Of a DNA stretch of 64,000 nucleotides, positions 30,866 through 42,101 are shown piece by piece. This DNA is from Sulfurimonas sp. (GTDB lineage Bacteria; Campylobacterota; Campylobacteria; Campylobacterales; Sulfurimonadaceae): contig NZ_CP093396.1 of assembly GCF_029027405.1 (NCBI RefSeq), positions 1,931,497 through 1,995,496 of the forward strand, read 5' to 3'. Both the position numbers and the translations under genes were made by a program. How positions within the stretch are numbered: the stretch's first letter is position 1; each line of letters opens with the position of its first letter. The notes beneath the pieces are model-generated. The model worked only from the letters and a program-made list of their open reading frames with translations, was not told the origin of the DNA and made no database searches.

Positions 30866-31498
30866 TTACCATCTACTTGAGAAAAAGATATCTTCTAGCA
30901 ATTCAAATACACTAAAGTCATCATTGACTTTATCTGTAGTATATTTTTGTTTTTTTGTTTTTGTTTTTGTTTTTAAGGATTCTTTTTTCTCTTTAATTGT
31001 ACTTATACCACCAGTTTTTACCCATTCCATAATATGACGCAACTCACCTGAATCAAGCCATATACCATGGTCTATACATGAATCTGCAATAACTCCACTT
31101 CTTCCCATAAAATTTTTACGTTGCATCATTTTTTTACATACAGGACATTTACGATAAGTTAAAATATCAATATGTCGTGGATTCTCTGAAAGTTTAGCTA
31201 GTTTTATCAAGTCAACATTTCTAGAACCTTTAACAGATTTTTCTATCATTATCTCCAGCTCATTTACATCAAAAAACAGTCCATAGCAACTTTGACATCT
31301 CTCAATATACAAAGGAAGCTTTTTACCTATATTTATAGTTTGCATTTGTGTATGACATAAAGGACAGTTGCGTTTTTGTTCAGGACGCATATTTACAAAT
31401 TCAACATCATTTAAGTCGATATCGTTTCTTGTACCGCAATATTCACAAATAATTCCGCTTTTTGGTATTGGTGCAGAACAACTACTACATTTTGCCAT
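30866..31498 (-). CDS. zinc-ribbon protein with two zf-TFIIB-like CxxC...CxxC(G)xWLD modules
   Basis: CPLCHTQMQ...CQSCYGLFFDVNELE and CPVCKK...CIDHGIWLDSGELRHI repeats, plus an N-terminal CSSC...CEYC ribbon. Confidence 0.65.
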   Translation of the reverse strand: MAKCSSCSAPIPKSGIICEYCGTRNDIDLNDVEFVNMRPEQKRNCPLCHTQMQTINIGKKLPLYIERCQSCYGLFFDVNELEIMIEKSVKGSRNVDLIKLAKLSENPRHIDILTYRKCPVCKKMMQRKNFMGRSGVIADSCIDHGIWLDSGELRHIMEWVKTGGISTIKEKKESLKTKTKTKKQKYTTDKVNDDFSVFELLEDIFFSSRW

Positions 31499-31501
31499 CA
31501 G

Positions 31502-32542
31502 TTATAACTCTTGAAGAATTGATTTCTTTTTCAAAGAATATTCATCCTCACTAATAAGACCTTCACTATAAAAAGATTTAAGCTCTCGTAAACGCATTCC
31601 CAAATCTTTAGATTTTTGTTCATTTTTAGCAAATGGTTCATTCATAGTTTGAGACAATGCATTTCCTGCACCCATACCCATAAATACTCCTGCTGCTCCA
31701 GCTTCATTTTTTGCTGCATCTTTTAGTGCATCTAATTGTTGAAGTTCCCTATAAGAGACTCCCGCAGTTGAAGCAGCATGCATATCAGCACTTACATCAG
31801 CTATCTTATTTATGCGAGTAATTGTATCTTCATCAAATTCAGTTCCCTCTATACGAAAATCGATAAGCTTAAAACCCAACCTATCAAAATCCGACTGAAG
31901 TATTGAAGTCAAATCTTTAGCTATCTCATTACGCTTTGCATCTACTTCTGCATATGACAATTTCTTTTCTGCTAAATAATCTGTAAGGGGATGGATTAAT
32001 CGGTTTACCATTACATCACGAAGTTTACTGACTCTAAATATTTCATCTCCACCGACCACTTGTGTAAAAAATAGTTTTGCATCTGAGATTTGAATGCTGT
32101 AATTACCAAATACACGAAGAGCTACCGGAAAATTATATTTTGGATCATCATATTTTATACTAGAAAGTGTTCCCCATTTTTGATCTAAAATTCGTGTTCG
32201 TTTATAAAAATACAAACCAACTTTATGTTCACTTTCAAATGCTTGCATAATCTTTGTTATAGTAGTCCAAAATGGAACATTACTAGTTTCTAGATTTACA
32301 ATACCTTCTTCTTCAACTACTGCTGTAACTTTTCCTTCATAAACAAAAATACATCCTTGTCCTGGTCCTACAATAAGTTTTGAAGCATTTTTTATTTCAT
32401 CACCATTTTCAGACCACTGATAAAAAAGCTCATTATCATTTATATTTTCCCACTCAATTACAGAGCGTAACTGTCGTTTTATTCCATCCCATAGTGCCAT
32501 AGTTAGAGTCCTATTGATTTTATTGTACATATGATAACACAA
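31502..32542 (-). CDS. SPFH/Band-7-related protein (COG4260 / B. subtilis YdjI-like) with C-terminal SHOCT motif
   Basis: The N-terminus (VIEWENINDNELFYQWSEN.EIKNASKLIVGPGQGCIF) matches the YdjI-type pattern. The C-terminus GLISEDEYSLKKKSILQEL is a SHOCT-like tail. Confidence 0.65.
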   Translation of the reverse strand: MCYHMYNKINRTLTMALWDGIKRQLRSVIEWENINDNELFYQWSENGDEIKNASKLIVGPGQGCIFVYEGKVTAVVEEEGIVNLETSNVPFWTTITKIMQAFESEHKVGLYFYKRTRILDQKWGTLSSIKYDDPKYNFPVALRVFGNYSIQISDAKLFFTQVVGGDEIFRVSKLRDVMVNRLIHPLTDYLAEKKLSYAEVDAKRNEIAKDLTSILQSDFDRLGFKLIDFRIEGTEFDEDTITRINKIADVSADMHAASTAGVSYRELQQLDALKDAAKNEAGAAGVFMGMGAGNALSQTMNEPFAKNEQKSKDLGMRLRELKSFYSEGLISEDEYSLKKKSILQEL

Positions 32543-32566
32543 ATTTAAATAATACGATAAGAACCT

Positions 32567-34867
32567 CTAAAGAGCCATCTCTTTTTCTTTTAGTGTCACA
32601 CCTTCATAAGCAGTTTTTATATGTTCAATCTCTCCTTTGACTTCCTCTTGTTGTAATACTAATCCATCAGGGGTTTCTTGTGAGTGAAGTTGAATTGCAG
32701 TTTGCTTAAAATTTGGCTCTCCAGATTTTGGACAAAAGCTATCATTTGTTAAATTATTTACAAGTTGAGTATTAAAATGAAAAGGAACAAAAACAGTGTT
32801 TGGTGCTACGCTTTGTGTAACTCTAACCATAATATCATCAACTCTTCCTCTAAGACTTGAAATAGACAATCTTTCTCCACTTTTAACCTTTAATTTTGTA
32901 GCATCTAAGGGATTTATATCTATCCATGCTTCAGGGGCTAAATCATTAAGTATTTCTATGCTTTTTGTTTTTGTACGAGTATGCCATTGCTCAACCGTTC
33001 TTCCTGTGTTTAATATAGCTGGAAATTCTTCACAAATAGGCTCTGCCATAGGAAACCAATCTAAACAAAGAAGGTTTGCTTTTTCATCTTTAGTTTTAAA
33101 AGGCATATCAGGAGTATAGAGTCTTGGTGTTCCAGACGGATTTTTCTCATTACAAGGCCATTGAATTCCACCTAATTCTTCAATTAGCTTATAATTAATA
33201 CCAGAATAATCACAAAGTTGCCCACGACTTACCTCTTTAAACTCATTAAATGCATCAAGTGGAGTTTTCCAATCTTTAAATAACAACTCTTTTACATCTT
33301 GAAAATAAGAAGAAAAATCAACAATTATATCAAAATCACTTTTAGTATTACCTAGTGGTTCAACAGCTTTATTTGCTTTATTACATCGTCTCTCAGAGTT
33401 TGTAAAAGTTCCTTCTTTTTCTCCCCATGTTGCTGCTGCAAAGACTACATCAGCAATCTCGGCAGTATCACTCATAAACGCATCTTGAACTACTAACAAG
33501 TCAAGTTTTGCTAATGTTTTTCTAAGTTTATTTTGATTTACAAAACTTACAAGTGGGTTTGTAGCAACTATCCAAAGTGCTTTTATTTCCCCTCTATCTA
33601 TAGCATCTATAATTTCTGCATATTTATATCCACGCTCACGAGGAATAATTTCACTAGGTACGCCTATGATGTCTGCATACTCTTGTAAAGCTTTTTCATC
33701 TCCAAAGTTTCTATATCCTGGCAAAGATGAAGTAAATCCACTTTCTCTTGCTCCCATAGCATTACACTGACCAGTTATAGAAAAAGGTCCAGCTCCTTCT
33801 TTACCTATTTGCCCCGTTAAAAGATGTAAATTAATTATTGCACTTACTGTATCTGTTCCCATAAAAGATTGATTGACACCCATTGTCCAAGCACTTAAAA
33901 CTGCATCTTTAGCTACAAACTCTTTTGCTATTTCATAAAGTGTCTTAACATCGATGCCCGTAATATTTGCTACTTCTTGAGGTGGATAATTTTGAAGATG
34001 TTTTTTAAGTTCTTTATAACCATTTATATTTGCTTTTATATAACCTTCATCTTCCCAACCTTGCTCAATAATAATATATGCAAGACCGTTAAAAAGTGCT
34101 AAGTCTGTTCTTGGCTTAAGAGGAACAAACAAGTCTGCCATTTGAGAAGTTTTTGAGGCTCGTGGGTCTATGACTATAATATGAGGTTTATTTTTATTTT
34201 TTTTAATATGAAGTTTTAATATAGGATGATTATCTGCTATGTTTGCGCCGATGAGTATGATTGTATTTGCTTTTTGAAAATCTTCATAGCTACCAACAGC
34301 TCCATCAGAGCCTAATGATTGCTTATACCCCATTACTGCAGATGCCATGCATAGGGTTGTATTTCCATCAAAATTATTTGTTTTTAGCCCGAGTTGAACA
34401 AACTTACCTAGAGTATAGAACTCTTCTGTTAAAAGTTGTCCTGTTCCTATAACACCGACTGCTTTAGTTCCATGTTCATTAGAAATTCTTTTAAACTCAT
34501 CTGAAACTTTTCTATAAGCGTCTTCCCATGAACTATAAACCAACTCACCATTTTTTTTTATCAAAGGTGTTGTAACCCTATCTGGAGAATTTATGAGCTG
34601 GTGTTCACTTAAACCTTTTGGACAAAGTGTTCCCATATTTACAGAGTGTGCAGGATTTCCTTTCGTATAAACAGCTCGTCCATCTTTAACACCGATGTAT
34701 AAACCACACCCTACTCCACAATAACCACAAGTTGAAAAAACCCATTTATCAGGCTTTTTTTCATCACTTATCATTCCAAATGTTGAGTCATTTGAGAGTT
34801 TATACTTATCTGCTTTAATATCAAAGCCTAAAAAATCTTTTAGTCTATTTATCATTTGATGCTCCAT
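32567..34867 (-). CDS. molybdopterin (bis-MGD) oxidoreductase, cytoplasmic; assimilatory nitrate reductase NasA/NarB-like candidate
   Basis: N-terminal 4Fe-4S motif CGYCGVGCG...C, about 766 aa, no Tat signal, and a C-terminal molybdopterin-binding barrel pattern. Confidence 0.8.
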   Translation of the reverse strand: MEHQMINRLKDFLGFDIKADKYKLSNDSTFGMISDEKKPDKWVFSTCGYCGVGCGLYIGVKDGRAVYTKGNPAHSVNMGTLCPKGLSEHQLINSPDRVTTPLIKKNGELVYSSWEDAYRKVSDEFKRISNEHGTKAVGVIGTGQLLTEEFYTLGKFVQLGLKTNNFDGNTTLCMASAVMGYKQSLGSDGAVGSYEDFQKANTIILIGANIADNHPILKLHIKKNKNKPHIIVIDPRASKTSQMADLFVPLKPRTDLALFNGLAYIIIEQGWEDEGYIKANINGYKELKKHLQNYPPQEVANITGIDVKTLYEIAKEFVAKDAVLSAWTMGVNQSFMGTDTVSAIINLHLLTGQIGKEGAGPFSITGQCNAMGARESGFTSSLPGYRNFGDEKALQEYADIIGVPSEIIPRERGYKYAEIIDAIDRGEIKALWIVATNPLVSFVNQNKLRKTLAKLDLLVVQDAFMSDTAEIADVVFAAATWGEKEGTFTNSERRCNKANKAVEPLGNTKSDFDIIVDFSSYFQDVKELLFKDWKTPLDAFNEFKEVSRGQLCDYSGINYKLIEELGGIQWPCNEKNPSGTPRLYTPDMPFKTKDEKANLLCLDWFPMAEPICEEFPAILNTGRTVEQWHTRTKTKSIEILNDLAPEAWIDINPLDATKLKVKSGERLSISSLRGRVDDIMVRVTQSVAPNTVFVPFHFNTQLVNNLTNDSFCPKSGEPNFKQTAIQLHSQETPDGLVLQQEEVKGEIEHIKTAYEGVTLKEKEMAL

Positions 34868-34932
34868 TTAGTAAACTATAGCATAAGAATATCTGAGAGA
34901 GTAGAACTAAAAGATTAAAATTTAAACACTAA

Positions 34933-35553
34933 TTATTTTATTTTTACTTTTGATTGATTTTTTAATTTTAAAAATATCATTGATGTCATAAGTGCATCGT
35001 TAAAAGCATCATGTTTTGAAAGCTTTGGCAACTTTAACTCTTTTATAATCGTGTCAAATCTTAAGTCTATATTTCCTTGAGGAATTGTCTCAATTTTCCA
35101 ATCATAATATATTTCTGATGTTTCTAAAGCTTTATTTGGAAGAGTAATACCAATAGCTTTTTTAGTGTATTTGTTCACCATAGCAATATCAAACTCTAAA
35201 AAATACCCAACTAAAGTTCTGTTTCCGATAAACTCTAAAAAATCATATATAACTTCATCAATATTTTCAGCATTATCTAAATCACACTCTCGTATATGAT
35301 GTACCTTTATAGCTTCACTTTGAAGTTTAGTCTTAGGTTTTACAAACTTTACAAATTTTTTACTAGCTATTATCGTATTGTTTTTTATGATAACTGCTCC
35401 AATAGAGATAATATCATCATTTACTCTATCTAAGCCTGTTGTCTCACAGTCAAAACATACATATTCATCTTCATGTGGTTTGTCAAAAAGATACAAATAC
35501 TTATCGTTAGTGAGCTTTTTTTTATTAAAATAATTTTGTATCTTTTTAAGCAT
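34933..35553 (-). CDS. DnaQ-like (DEDDh) 3'-5' exonuclease, copy A
   Basis: CFDCETTGL (Exo I), H..DA..T catalytic motifs; start overlaps the upstream DUF294 gene. Confidence 0.85.
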   Translation of the reverse strand: MLKKIQNYFNKKKLTNDKYLYLFDKPHEDEYVCFDCETTGLDRVNDDIISIGAVIIKNNTIIASKKFVKFVKPKTKLQSEAIKVHHIRECDLDNAENIDEVIYDFLEFIGNRTLVGYFLEFDIAMVNKYTKKAIGITLPNKALETSEIYYDWKIETIPQGNIDLRFDTIIKELKLPKLSKHDAFNDALMTSMIFLKLKNQSKVKIK

Positions 35554-37378
35554 AGTTCAACTTGTATCTATATTCTAGTTTTTTCTTTAGTTTGTTTATA
35601 ATTTTAAAAGAATCTTTTAATAAATCTTTATCCATTCGAGATAAATTCTTTGGTGATATAAAATTATCTACTTCATGCCCTGAGTCAAGTTGCTCTAGGT
35701 GAGAGTTTAATTTTATAGTATTTAAAAAGTTAAAGGCTTCACTCAATTCCGCTGCAAATTCAGAATCCAATACTCCTTTTTCTTCTAAATCTATAATTCT
35801 TCTTAAAGTATTAGAGCGATATAACTTATGCTCCAAACTTAAACTTCTAATACTTTGTACCAAGATGAATATACCACCTTTTTTAATATCTATCTCATCT
35901 TTATGATTTTTGTCATATACGAAACCATCAAATATACCTAATGGTATATCAAAACTCATAATTACCTTTGCAAAGTTTGTATAAAACATTTGAGAATCTG
36001 AACATACTTTAAATATATAAGCTTTTAACTCTTTTATAAGCTCAACATCTCCTGAAGCACAAAGAGCATCATAAAAAATAGCAAGATTCATAAAATCATC
36101 ACCTGATTTTTTAGTAATCCATGAGTAAATCAAATCTTTAAACTCACTTACAGTTCTAGTCCAATATGGATTTGACACCATAATATTACCTTCGCATCTA
36201 GGAAAGCCAAAATCAACAATGATTTCTGTCAACTCTTTTGTATACTTATCTAAATCATCTTTAGAAATAGTGCAATCATCTCTAATGATTAAAGCATTAT
36301 CTTGATCAGTTTTAATTACTTGCTCGCCTCTTCCTTCACTTCCCATAACTAAAAAGCAGTAGTTTCCAAGTAGTTTTTTTGGAGCAGTAAGAAGGATAGC
36401 TTTGTCTATTATTTTTCTATTTAGCTGATTGATTAGCTTACTTATAAAACCGATTCTCACACCTTTTGCATTAAGAGATCTTACAATTTTTATGATGGAA
36501 AAAGATGCATGTTTCAACTCTTCAAGTGTCTCTGCATTTGCGATTTCATTTGAGACAGAAAAAGTATGTGTCGCAAAAAAACTAGAAAGTGACATTTGGT
36601 CTAGTATTCCAACTATAACATCATTATCATCTTTTACTACAACTCTTTTTATACCATGTTTTGTCATGGTTAATTGAGCGTTAAATAAAAAGTCATTTTC
36701 ATTTACACAGATTAAATTTCCTGTACTTATCTTAGAAACTTTATCATCATACTCCATTCTATTTAATATAACTTTTTGTCTAAAATCAGAGTCAGTTATG
36801 ATAAATACTTCTCCATCAGAATCTTTTAACAAAAGAGTTGGAACTTTTTCTTTTTTTATTATCGTTGCAGCGTCAAAAATTGTTGTGTCATAAGAGGCAA
36901 AAACAGCTCTGTGGACTTTAGCATCTTTAACTTTTGCAATCATTATATTTGCAAGGTCTTTATTTTTTTCATTTGCTATGTATGAATTTAGTTTTTGAGA
37001 TATTGACTGAAAAAAGTAACTTTCAAGGTCTTTATTTTTATATAGAGTCTTTTTAAATATATCTTTTGGTAGAGAGTAGCAAATAGTCTCTTCAATAGCT
37101 GTGAAACTATTTTTAGAATGATTTTCTATTATGGAAATTGGGTCAAAAAATTCATTTGTAGAAAATAGAGAAATCACCTCTTCTTCAGACTTTTCCTGAA
37201 CAAGTCCTTTTACTATAAAATAAAGGGCAATTGGACTATCTCCATCTTTTTGTATTACTTCATTTTTTTTGTAGTAAATAACATCTAAATTTTGTGAAAA
37301 ATTATCAAGTTCACTCTGGGAAATATTGCTAAAAGGATGTATGTTTTGTAAAAAGCTTGTTAACTCGTGTGCGCTCAT
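35546..37378 (-). CDS. cNMP-binding + CBS-pair + DUF294 nucleotidyltransferase-domain protein, copy A
   Basis: N-terminal cNMP-binding fold, a central CBS pair, and C-terminal GSEGRGEQVIKTDQDNALI (GlnD-like NTase G[SG]...D.D). Confidence 0.85.
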   Translation of the reverse strand: MSAHELTSFLQNIHPFSNISQSELDNFSQNLDVIYYKKNEVIQKDGDSPIALYFIVKGLVQEKSEEEVISLFSTNEFFDPISIIENHSKNSFTAIEETICYSLPKDIFKKTLYKNKDLESYFFQSISQKLNSYIANEKNKDLANIMIAKVKDAKVHRAVFASYDTTIFDAATIIKKEKVPTLLLKDSDGEVFIITDSDFRQKVILNRMEYDDKVSKISTGNLICVNENDFLFNAQLTMTKHGIKRVVVKDDNDVIVGILDQMSLSSFFATHTFSVSNEIANAETLEELKHASFSIIKIVRSLNAKGVRIGFISKLINQLNRKIIDKAILLTAPKKLLGNYCFLVMGSEGRGEQVIKTDQDNALIIRDDCTISKDDLDKYTKELTEIIVDFGFPRCEGNIMVSNPYWTRTVSEFKDLIYSWITKKSGDDFMNLAIFYDALCASGDVELIKELKAYIFKVCSDSQMFYTNFAKVIMSFDIPLGIFDGFVYDKNHKDEIDIKKGGIFILVQSIRSLSLEHKLYRSNTLRRIIDLEEKGVLDSEFAAELSEAFNFLNTIKLNSHLEQLDSGHEVDNFISPKNLSRMDKDLLKDSFKIINKLKKKLEYRYKLNYA

Positions 37379-37464
37379 ATATTGACTCCATAAAAATTTA
37401 TGAAATTATATCAAAAGCAAGATGTAAATCTACCAAAGAAGGAAAACTTCTTTGGTAAAAAAAA

Positions 37465-39129
37465 TTAATGGTCAACAGCGCCTTCAGCACCAAAACCAGT
37501 TTCAGATCTAACACTTTGAGCGATAAAAGCTTTTTCTTCATCTTTAGCTCTTTGAGACTTATCTGTAATAGAGAAGAACCAAATACCAACAAATGCAGCA
37601 GTTACAGAGAAAAGTGCAGGATATGCGTATGGGAAGATTGGTTTAGCATTACCTAAAACACCAACCCAAACAACAGGACCAAGGATAACTAGTGTTACTG
37701 CAGTAGTTAAACCAATAAAGCCACCTATTAAAGCACCTCTTGTTGTCAATTTAGACCAGTAAATTGATAAGAAAAGAATAGGGAAGTTTGCAGATGCAGC
37801 GATTGCAAAAGCAAGACCAACCATAAAGGCAATATTTTGATGTTCAAAAGCGATACCTAAAATAACACCAATTACACCAATAATAATTACAGAAATTTTA
37901 GAAACTTTCATCTCTTTAGCTTCATCAGCATTACCTTTACAAATAACATTTGCATAAATATCATGTGATATAGATGAAGCACCTGCTAATGTAAGACCAG
38001 ATACAACCGCTAAAATAGTAGCAAAAGCAACAGCTGAAATAAATCCTAAGAAAACATCTCCACCAACAACTTTAGACAAGTGAATAGCAGCCATATTGTT
38101 TCCACCGAATAATTTTCCATCAACAAAAAATTCTTTCGCAATTGCAACATTTTCAGGAGTTAAATAAACAATAGCACCTAAACCAATAACTGCAATAACA
38201 AGGTAAAAATAACCAATAAAACCAGTAGCATATACAACTGACTTTCTAGCTTCTTTTGCATTACCAACAGTAAAGAATCTCATAAGAACATGTGGAAGAC
38301 CAGCAGTACCTAACATTAATGCTAGTCCTAAAGAAATAGCAGAAATAGGATCTGTTATCTTACCTTTATCTGATGGAGCCATAATATCTTGTCCCCAACT
38401 ATGAGTTTCAACAGCTTTTGCTGCTAAAGCTTCAAAAGAAAAGTTAAAGTTATTTAAAATCATTAATGCCATAAAAGTTACACCAGATAGTAAAAGAATA
38501 GCTTTAATAATTTGTACCCAAGTTGTAGCAAGCATACCACCAAAAGTTACATATACAATCATCATTACACCAACTAAAACAACTGCCCACTCATAAGGAA
38601 GACCAAATAAAACTTGAATAAGTTTACCAGAACCAACCATTTGTGCAATTAAATAAAGAGTGACAACTGATAATGAACCAAAAGCGGCAAGAGTTCTTAT
38701 CTCTTTTTGTCCAAGTCTATAAGCTGCAATGTCTGCAAATGTATATTTTCCTAAGTTCCTTAATTTTTCTGCCATTAAAAATAAAATTACTGGCCAACCA
38801 ACTAAAAATCCAACAGCATATACTAGACCATCATAACCTTGTAAATATACAAGACCAGAAAGACCAAGAAAAGATGCGGCAGACATATAATCACCCGCAA
38901 TTGCCATACCATTTTGAAATCCTGAGATTCCACCACCAGCAGTATAGAAGTCACTAGCTGATTTAGTTTTTTTAGCTGCCCAGTAAGTAATACCTAGCGT
39001 TGCACCAACAAAAATAAAGAACATAATAATTGCAGGAATATTAATCTCTCTTTGAACTGCTTCAAATGTAGCATCTCCACCAGCAAATGCTGCAACAGCC
39101 ATTAACGCTAAAACAAATATTAATCTCAC
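37465..39129 (-). CDS. actP: cation/acetate symporter ActP (sodium:solute symporter family)
   Basis: [28 protein letters not shown], an ActP-type SSS signature; 554 aa, about 13 TM helices. Confidence 0.85.
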   Translation of the reverse strand: MRLIFVLALMAVAAFAGGDATFEAVQREINIPAIIMFFIFVGATLGITYWAAKKTKSASDFYTAGGGISGFQNGMAIAGDYMSAASFLGLSGLVYLQGYDGLVYAVGFLVGWPVILFLMAEKLRNLGKYTFADIAAYRLGQKEIRTLAAFGSLSVVTLYLIAQMVGSGKLIQVLFGLPYEWAVVLVGVMMIVYVTFGGMLATTWVQIIKAILLLSGVTFMALMILNNFNFSFEALAAKAVETHSWGQDIMAPSDKGKITDPISAISLGLALMLGTAGLPHVLMRFFTVGNAKEARKSVVYATGFIGYFYLVIAVIGLGAIVYLTPENVAIAKEFFVDGKLFGGNNMAAIHLSKVVGGDVFLGFISAVAFATILAVVSGLTLAGASSISHDIYANVICKGNADEAKEMKVSKISVIIIGVIGVILGIAFEHQNIAFMVGLAFAIAASANFPILFLSIYWSKLTTRGALIGGFIGLTTAVTLVILGPVVWVGVLGNAKPIFPYAYPALFSVTAAFVGIWFFSITDKSQRAKDEEKAFIAQSVRSETGFGAEGAVDH

Positions 39130-39455
39130 AGAGCATCCTTTATATCTTCATGAAGTGAGTTTGTTAAATCTTCAAACTCACCATTCGCTCTTCTTACATA
39201 TATAAGTGTTGTAATAAAACTTATAATAATAATAGCAGCCGCAACAGGGAATGCCCATGTCATAACACCTGTTTCACTTATCTTTACAGCTAATAACTCT
39301 TTATCAAATGCAATAACTAATATATAACTATAAAACATTGTTAAAACAAATATAGCTAGTTTTAATGCAAAACTACTTCTTTTTGAAACTAATTCTTTAT
39401 ACTTAGGATTAGCTTGAATTTTTTCTGCCAACTCTTGGTTCATTTTTTCCTCCAT
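39126..39455 (-). CDS. DUF485 (YjcH-like) small membrane protein partner of ActP
   Basis: 109 aa, two TM helices, immediately upstream of actP and overlapping it, as in yjcH-actP operons. Confidence 0.8.
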   Translation of the reverse strand: MEEKMNQELAEKIQANPKYKELVSKRSSFALKLAIFVLTMFYSYILVIAFDKELLAVKISETGVMTWAFPVAAAIIIISFITTLIYVRRANGEFEDLTNSLHEDIKDAL

Positions 39456-39805
39456 AATTTATTGATTGTTTTAAATTTACCCTTAAAAACAAAAAATCGA
39501 TTCGATTATATAACTTCAACTTTAACCTAATATACTATTCAAGGTAATTTACATGTAAATATATAAATTTGGTAACTTTTCGCTACATTTAAAGAGAGAT
39601 GAAAATAAACATACATAAATATGAAAACATAGAATATAAAAATATAATTTTTTATTTATGTTTCTTTTCTACACATAAATATAAAATTTCCTAACTTTTT
39701 TAATAAAACTCCACTTTGCTATGTTCATGCTATTTTGCACCTCTATGATTAAACTTGAAAAATATCGAGGAACCTTGATATTTAAATTTACCACTAGGAG
39801 ACCCT

Positions 39806-40060
39806 ATGAATAAGGAAGCTGCAGAAGCTTATTGGAAAGAAAATATATCATTAATTCTTAAATTATTGGTTGTTTGGTTTGTTGTTTCGTATGGTTGCGG
39901 GATTATCTTTATAGATGAACTTAATGCTATTACATTTGCAGGATTCAAGCTTGGATTTTGGTTTGCACAACAAGGTGCTATATATGTATTCTTAATTCTT
40001 ATTTTTGTTTACGCAAAAAGTATGGAAAGACTTGAAGAAAAATACGACATTCACGAATAA
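39806..40060 (+). CDS. DUF4212 small subunit of a sodium:solute symporter
   Basis: YWKENISLILKLLVVWFVVSYG...FAGFKLGFWFAQQGAIYVF matches the DUF4212 pattern. Confidence 0.8.
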   Translation: MNKEAAEAYWKENISLILKLLVVWFVVSYGCGIIFIDELNAITFAGFKLGFWFAQQGAIYVFLILIFVYAKSMERLEEKYDIHE

Positions 40061-40073
40061 TTAAGGGGATACA

Positions 40074-41972
40074 ATGGAATTACAAAGTTTAATTTATTTA
40101 TTTGTTGGTACTTCTTTTGCACTATATATAGCAATCGCTATTTGGGCAAGAGCTGGATCTACAAAAGAGTTTTACGTTGCGGGCGGTGGTGTACACCCTG
40201 TCTTAAATGGTATGGCAACTGGGGCAGACTGGATGAGTGCTGCTTCTTTTATCTCACTTGCGGGTATCGTTTCACTAAAGGGTAGTGACGGTGGTGCTTA
40301 CTTGATGGGTTGGACAGGTGGTTATGTACTACTTGCAATGCTTTTAGCACCTTACTTAAGAAAATTCGGTAAGTTTACTGTTCCTGACTTCGTTGGTGAC
40401 AGATACTATTCTGATGTTGCTCGTACTGTTGCAGTTGTTTGTGTAATCTTTATTTCATTTACATATGTTGCTGGTCAAATGAGGGGTGTAGGTATCGTTT
40501 TTTCTAGATTCTTACAAGTTGATGTAAATATGGGTATTTATATTGGTATGGGTATCGTTTTCATATATGCTGTTCTTGGTGGTATGAAAGGTGTTACATA
40601 TACTCAAGTTGCTCAATATTGTGTTATGATTTTTGCATTTACTGTTCCTGCAATTTTCCTTTCACTTCAAGTTACAGAAACATTCTTGCCACAAATCGGT
40701 TTTGGTGGAACTATTCCATTCCAATTCGATGATGGTATCAGGATGATAGATTCTGGTACTTACTTACTACATGCACTTGATACATCTATGACTGATCTTG
40801 GTTTTGGTATGTATACTGAAAGTCATGCTGGTACTTGGAATGTATTTATGCTTACTACAGCACTTATGCTTGGTACTGCTGGTCTTCCACATGTTATCGT
40901 TAGATTTTTTACTACACCAACTGTTGCTGGTGCACGTATTTCAGCTGGTTGGGCTTTATTGTTTATTGCTATTCTTTATACACAAATTCCAGCGGTTGCA
41001 GGTTTTGCTCGTCTTAACTTGATTAAAAACTTACAAAATGTTGAGTATGCTGCCTTTGTTAAAGGTGAAACTAAACATGCTGATGGCACAATCAACAATG
41101 GTTACTGGTTTAAAAACTGGGAAGAATCTGGTCTTATAGCTTGGACAGATAGAAATGGCGATGGTAAAATTCAATTTGCTTCAGGTAAAGCATTTGAAGG
41201 TGGAAAAGGTAAACCTAAGTTTACAGAAGGAAGAGGTGCAAGCGGTGAGCGTTTAACTTCTAACTCAATGCCTTCTCATACTGCAACTGCAGAAGAAATG
41301 AGAGCTAATGGTAAAATCATTAATGAACTTTACCTAGATAGAGATATTATCGTTCTTGCGAATCCAGAAATTGCTGGTCTTCCAAATTGGGTAATTGCTA
41401 TTATCGCAGCGGGTGGTTTAGCAGCAGCTCTTTCAACAGCAGCTGGTTTATTACTTGTTATTTCAACTTCAATTTCACATGACCTTTTAGGAAATGTAAT
41501 TATGAAAGATCCAAAAACTGGTAAATCAACATTAAGCGAAAAAGCAGAGTTAATGAGTGCTCGTCTTGCAGCAGTTGCTGCCATTATGGTTGCTGGTTAC
41601 TTAGGAATACACCCTCCAGGGTTTGTTGCACAAGTTGTTGCATTTGCTTTCGGTCTTGCTGCTGCATCATTCTTCCCTGCTATTTTGTTAGGTGTTTTCT
41701 ATAAGAGAATGAACAAAGAAGGTGCAATTGCTGGTATGGCGAGTGGACTAATATTCACTTTCGGATACATTATTTACTTTGTATTCATGGGCGGAGATAA
41801 AGCTGATTATCTATGGGACATTGCTCCAACAGGTATCGGTACAATTGGTATGTTATTACACTTCATCGTTGCGTTAGTTGTAAGTAGTATGACACCTCCA
41901 CCACCACAAGAGATTCAAGATCTTGTTGAAAGAATTAGAATCCCAAGAGGAGCTGGCGGAGCAACTCACTAG
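40074..41972 (+). CDS. sodium:solute symporter, VC2705-type (pairs with DUF4212)
   Basis: 632 aa SSS transporter with a long cytoplasmic insert; gene order DUF4212-SSS. Confidence 0.85.
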   Translation: MELQSLIYLFVGTSFALYIAIAIWARAGSTKEFYVAGGGVHPVLNGMATGADWMSAASFISLAGIVSLKGSDGGAYLMGWTGGYVLLAMLLAPYLRKFGKFTVPDFVGDRYYSDVARTVAVVCVIFISFTYVAGQMRGVGIVFSRFLQVDVNMGIYIGMGIVFIYAVLGGMKGVTYTQVAQYCVMIFAFTVPAIFLSLQVTETFLPQIGFGGTIPFQFDDGIRMIDSGTYLLHALDTSMTDLGFGMYTESHAGTWNVFMLTTALMLGTAGLPHVIVRFFTTPTVAGARISAGWALLFIAILYTQIPAVAGFARLNLIKNLQNVEYAAFVKGETKHADGTINNGYWFKNWEESGLIAWTDRNGDGKIQFASGKAFEGGKGKPKFTEGRGASGERLTSNSMPSHTATAEEMRANGKIINELYLDRDIIVLANPEIAGLPNWVIAIIAAGGLAAALSTAAGLLLVISTSISHDLLGNVIMKDPKTGKSTLSEKAELMSARLAAVAAIMVAGYLGIHPPGFVAQVVAFAFGLAAASFFPAILLGVFYKRMNKEGAIAGMASGLIFTFGYIIYFVFMGGDKADYLWDIAPTGIGTIGMLLHFIVALVVSSMTPPPPQEIQDLVERIRIPRGAGGATH

Positions 41973-42101
41973 AGTTACTCTCCAACTAAACGAAACAAGC
42001 CGAAACACTCGGCTTGTTTTCCTTTTCTTATAACCTTTTCTTAATATATCTCTTACGACTTATGTGATACCTTAATAAAAGATTACTTTTAAAGGCAATA
42101 A

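Noticed and set aside
32567-34867. Periplasmic nitrate reductase NapA or formate dehydrogenase for the molybdoenzyme.
   Set aside because: No twin-arginine signal, no nap/fdh accessory genes adjacent, and no in-frame TGA (selenocysteine) noticed. Kept as a Nas-like candidate only.
37398-37656. 64-aa and 62-aa ORFs overlapping the 3' end of actP.
   Set aside because: They sit fully inside or overlap the well-supported ActP frame. The region downstream of the actP stop is a short intergenic spacer.
39700-39760. Possible sigma54 promoter (catgctattttgcacc).
   Set aside because: Spacing and conservation do not match TGGCAC-N5-TTGCA. It is only a partial TTGCAC.
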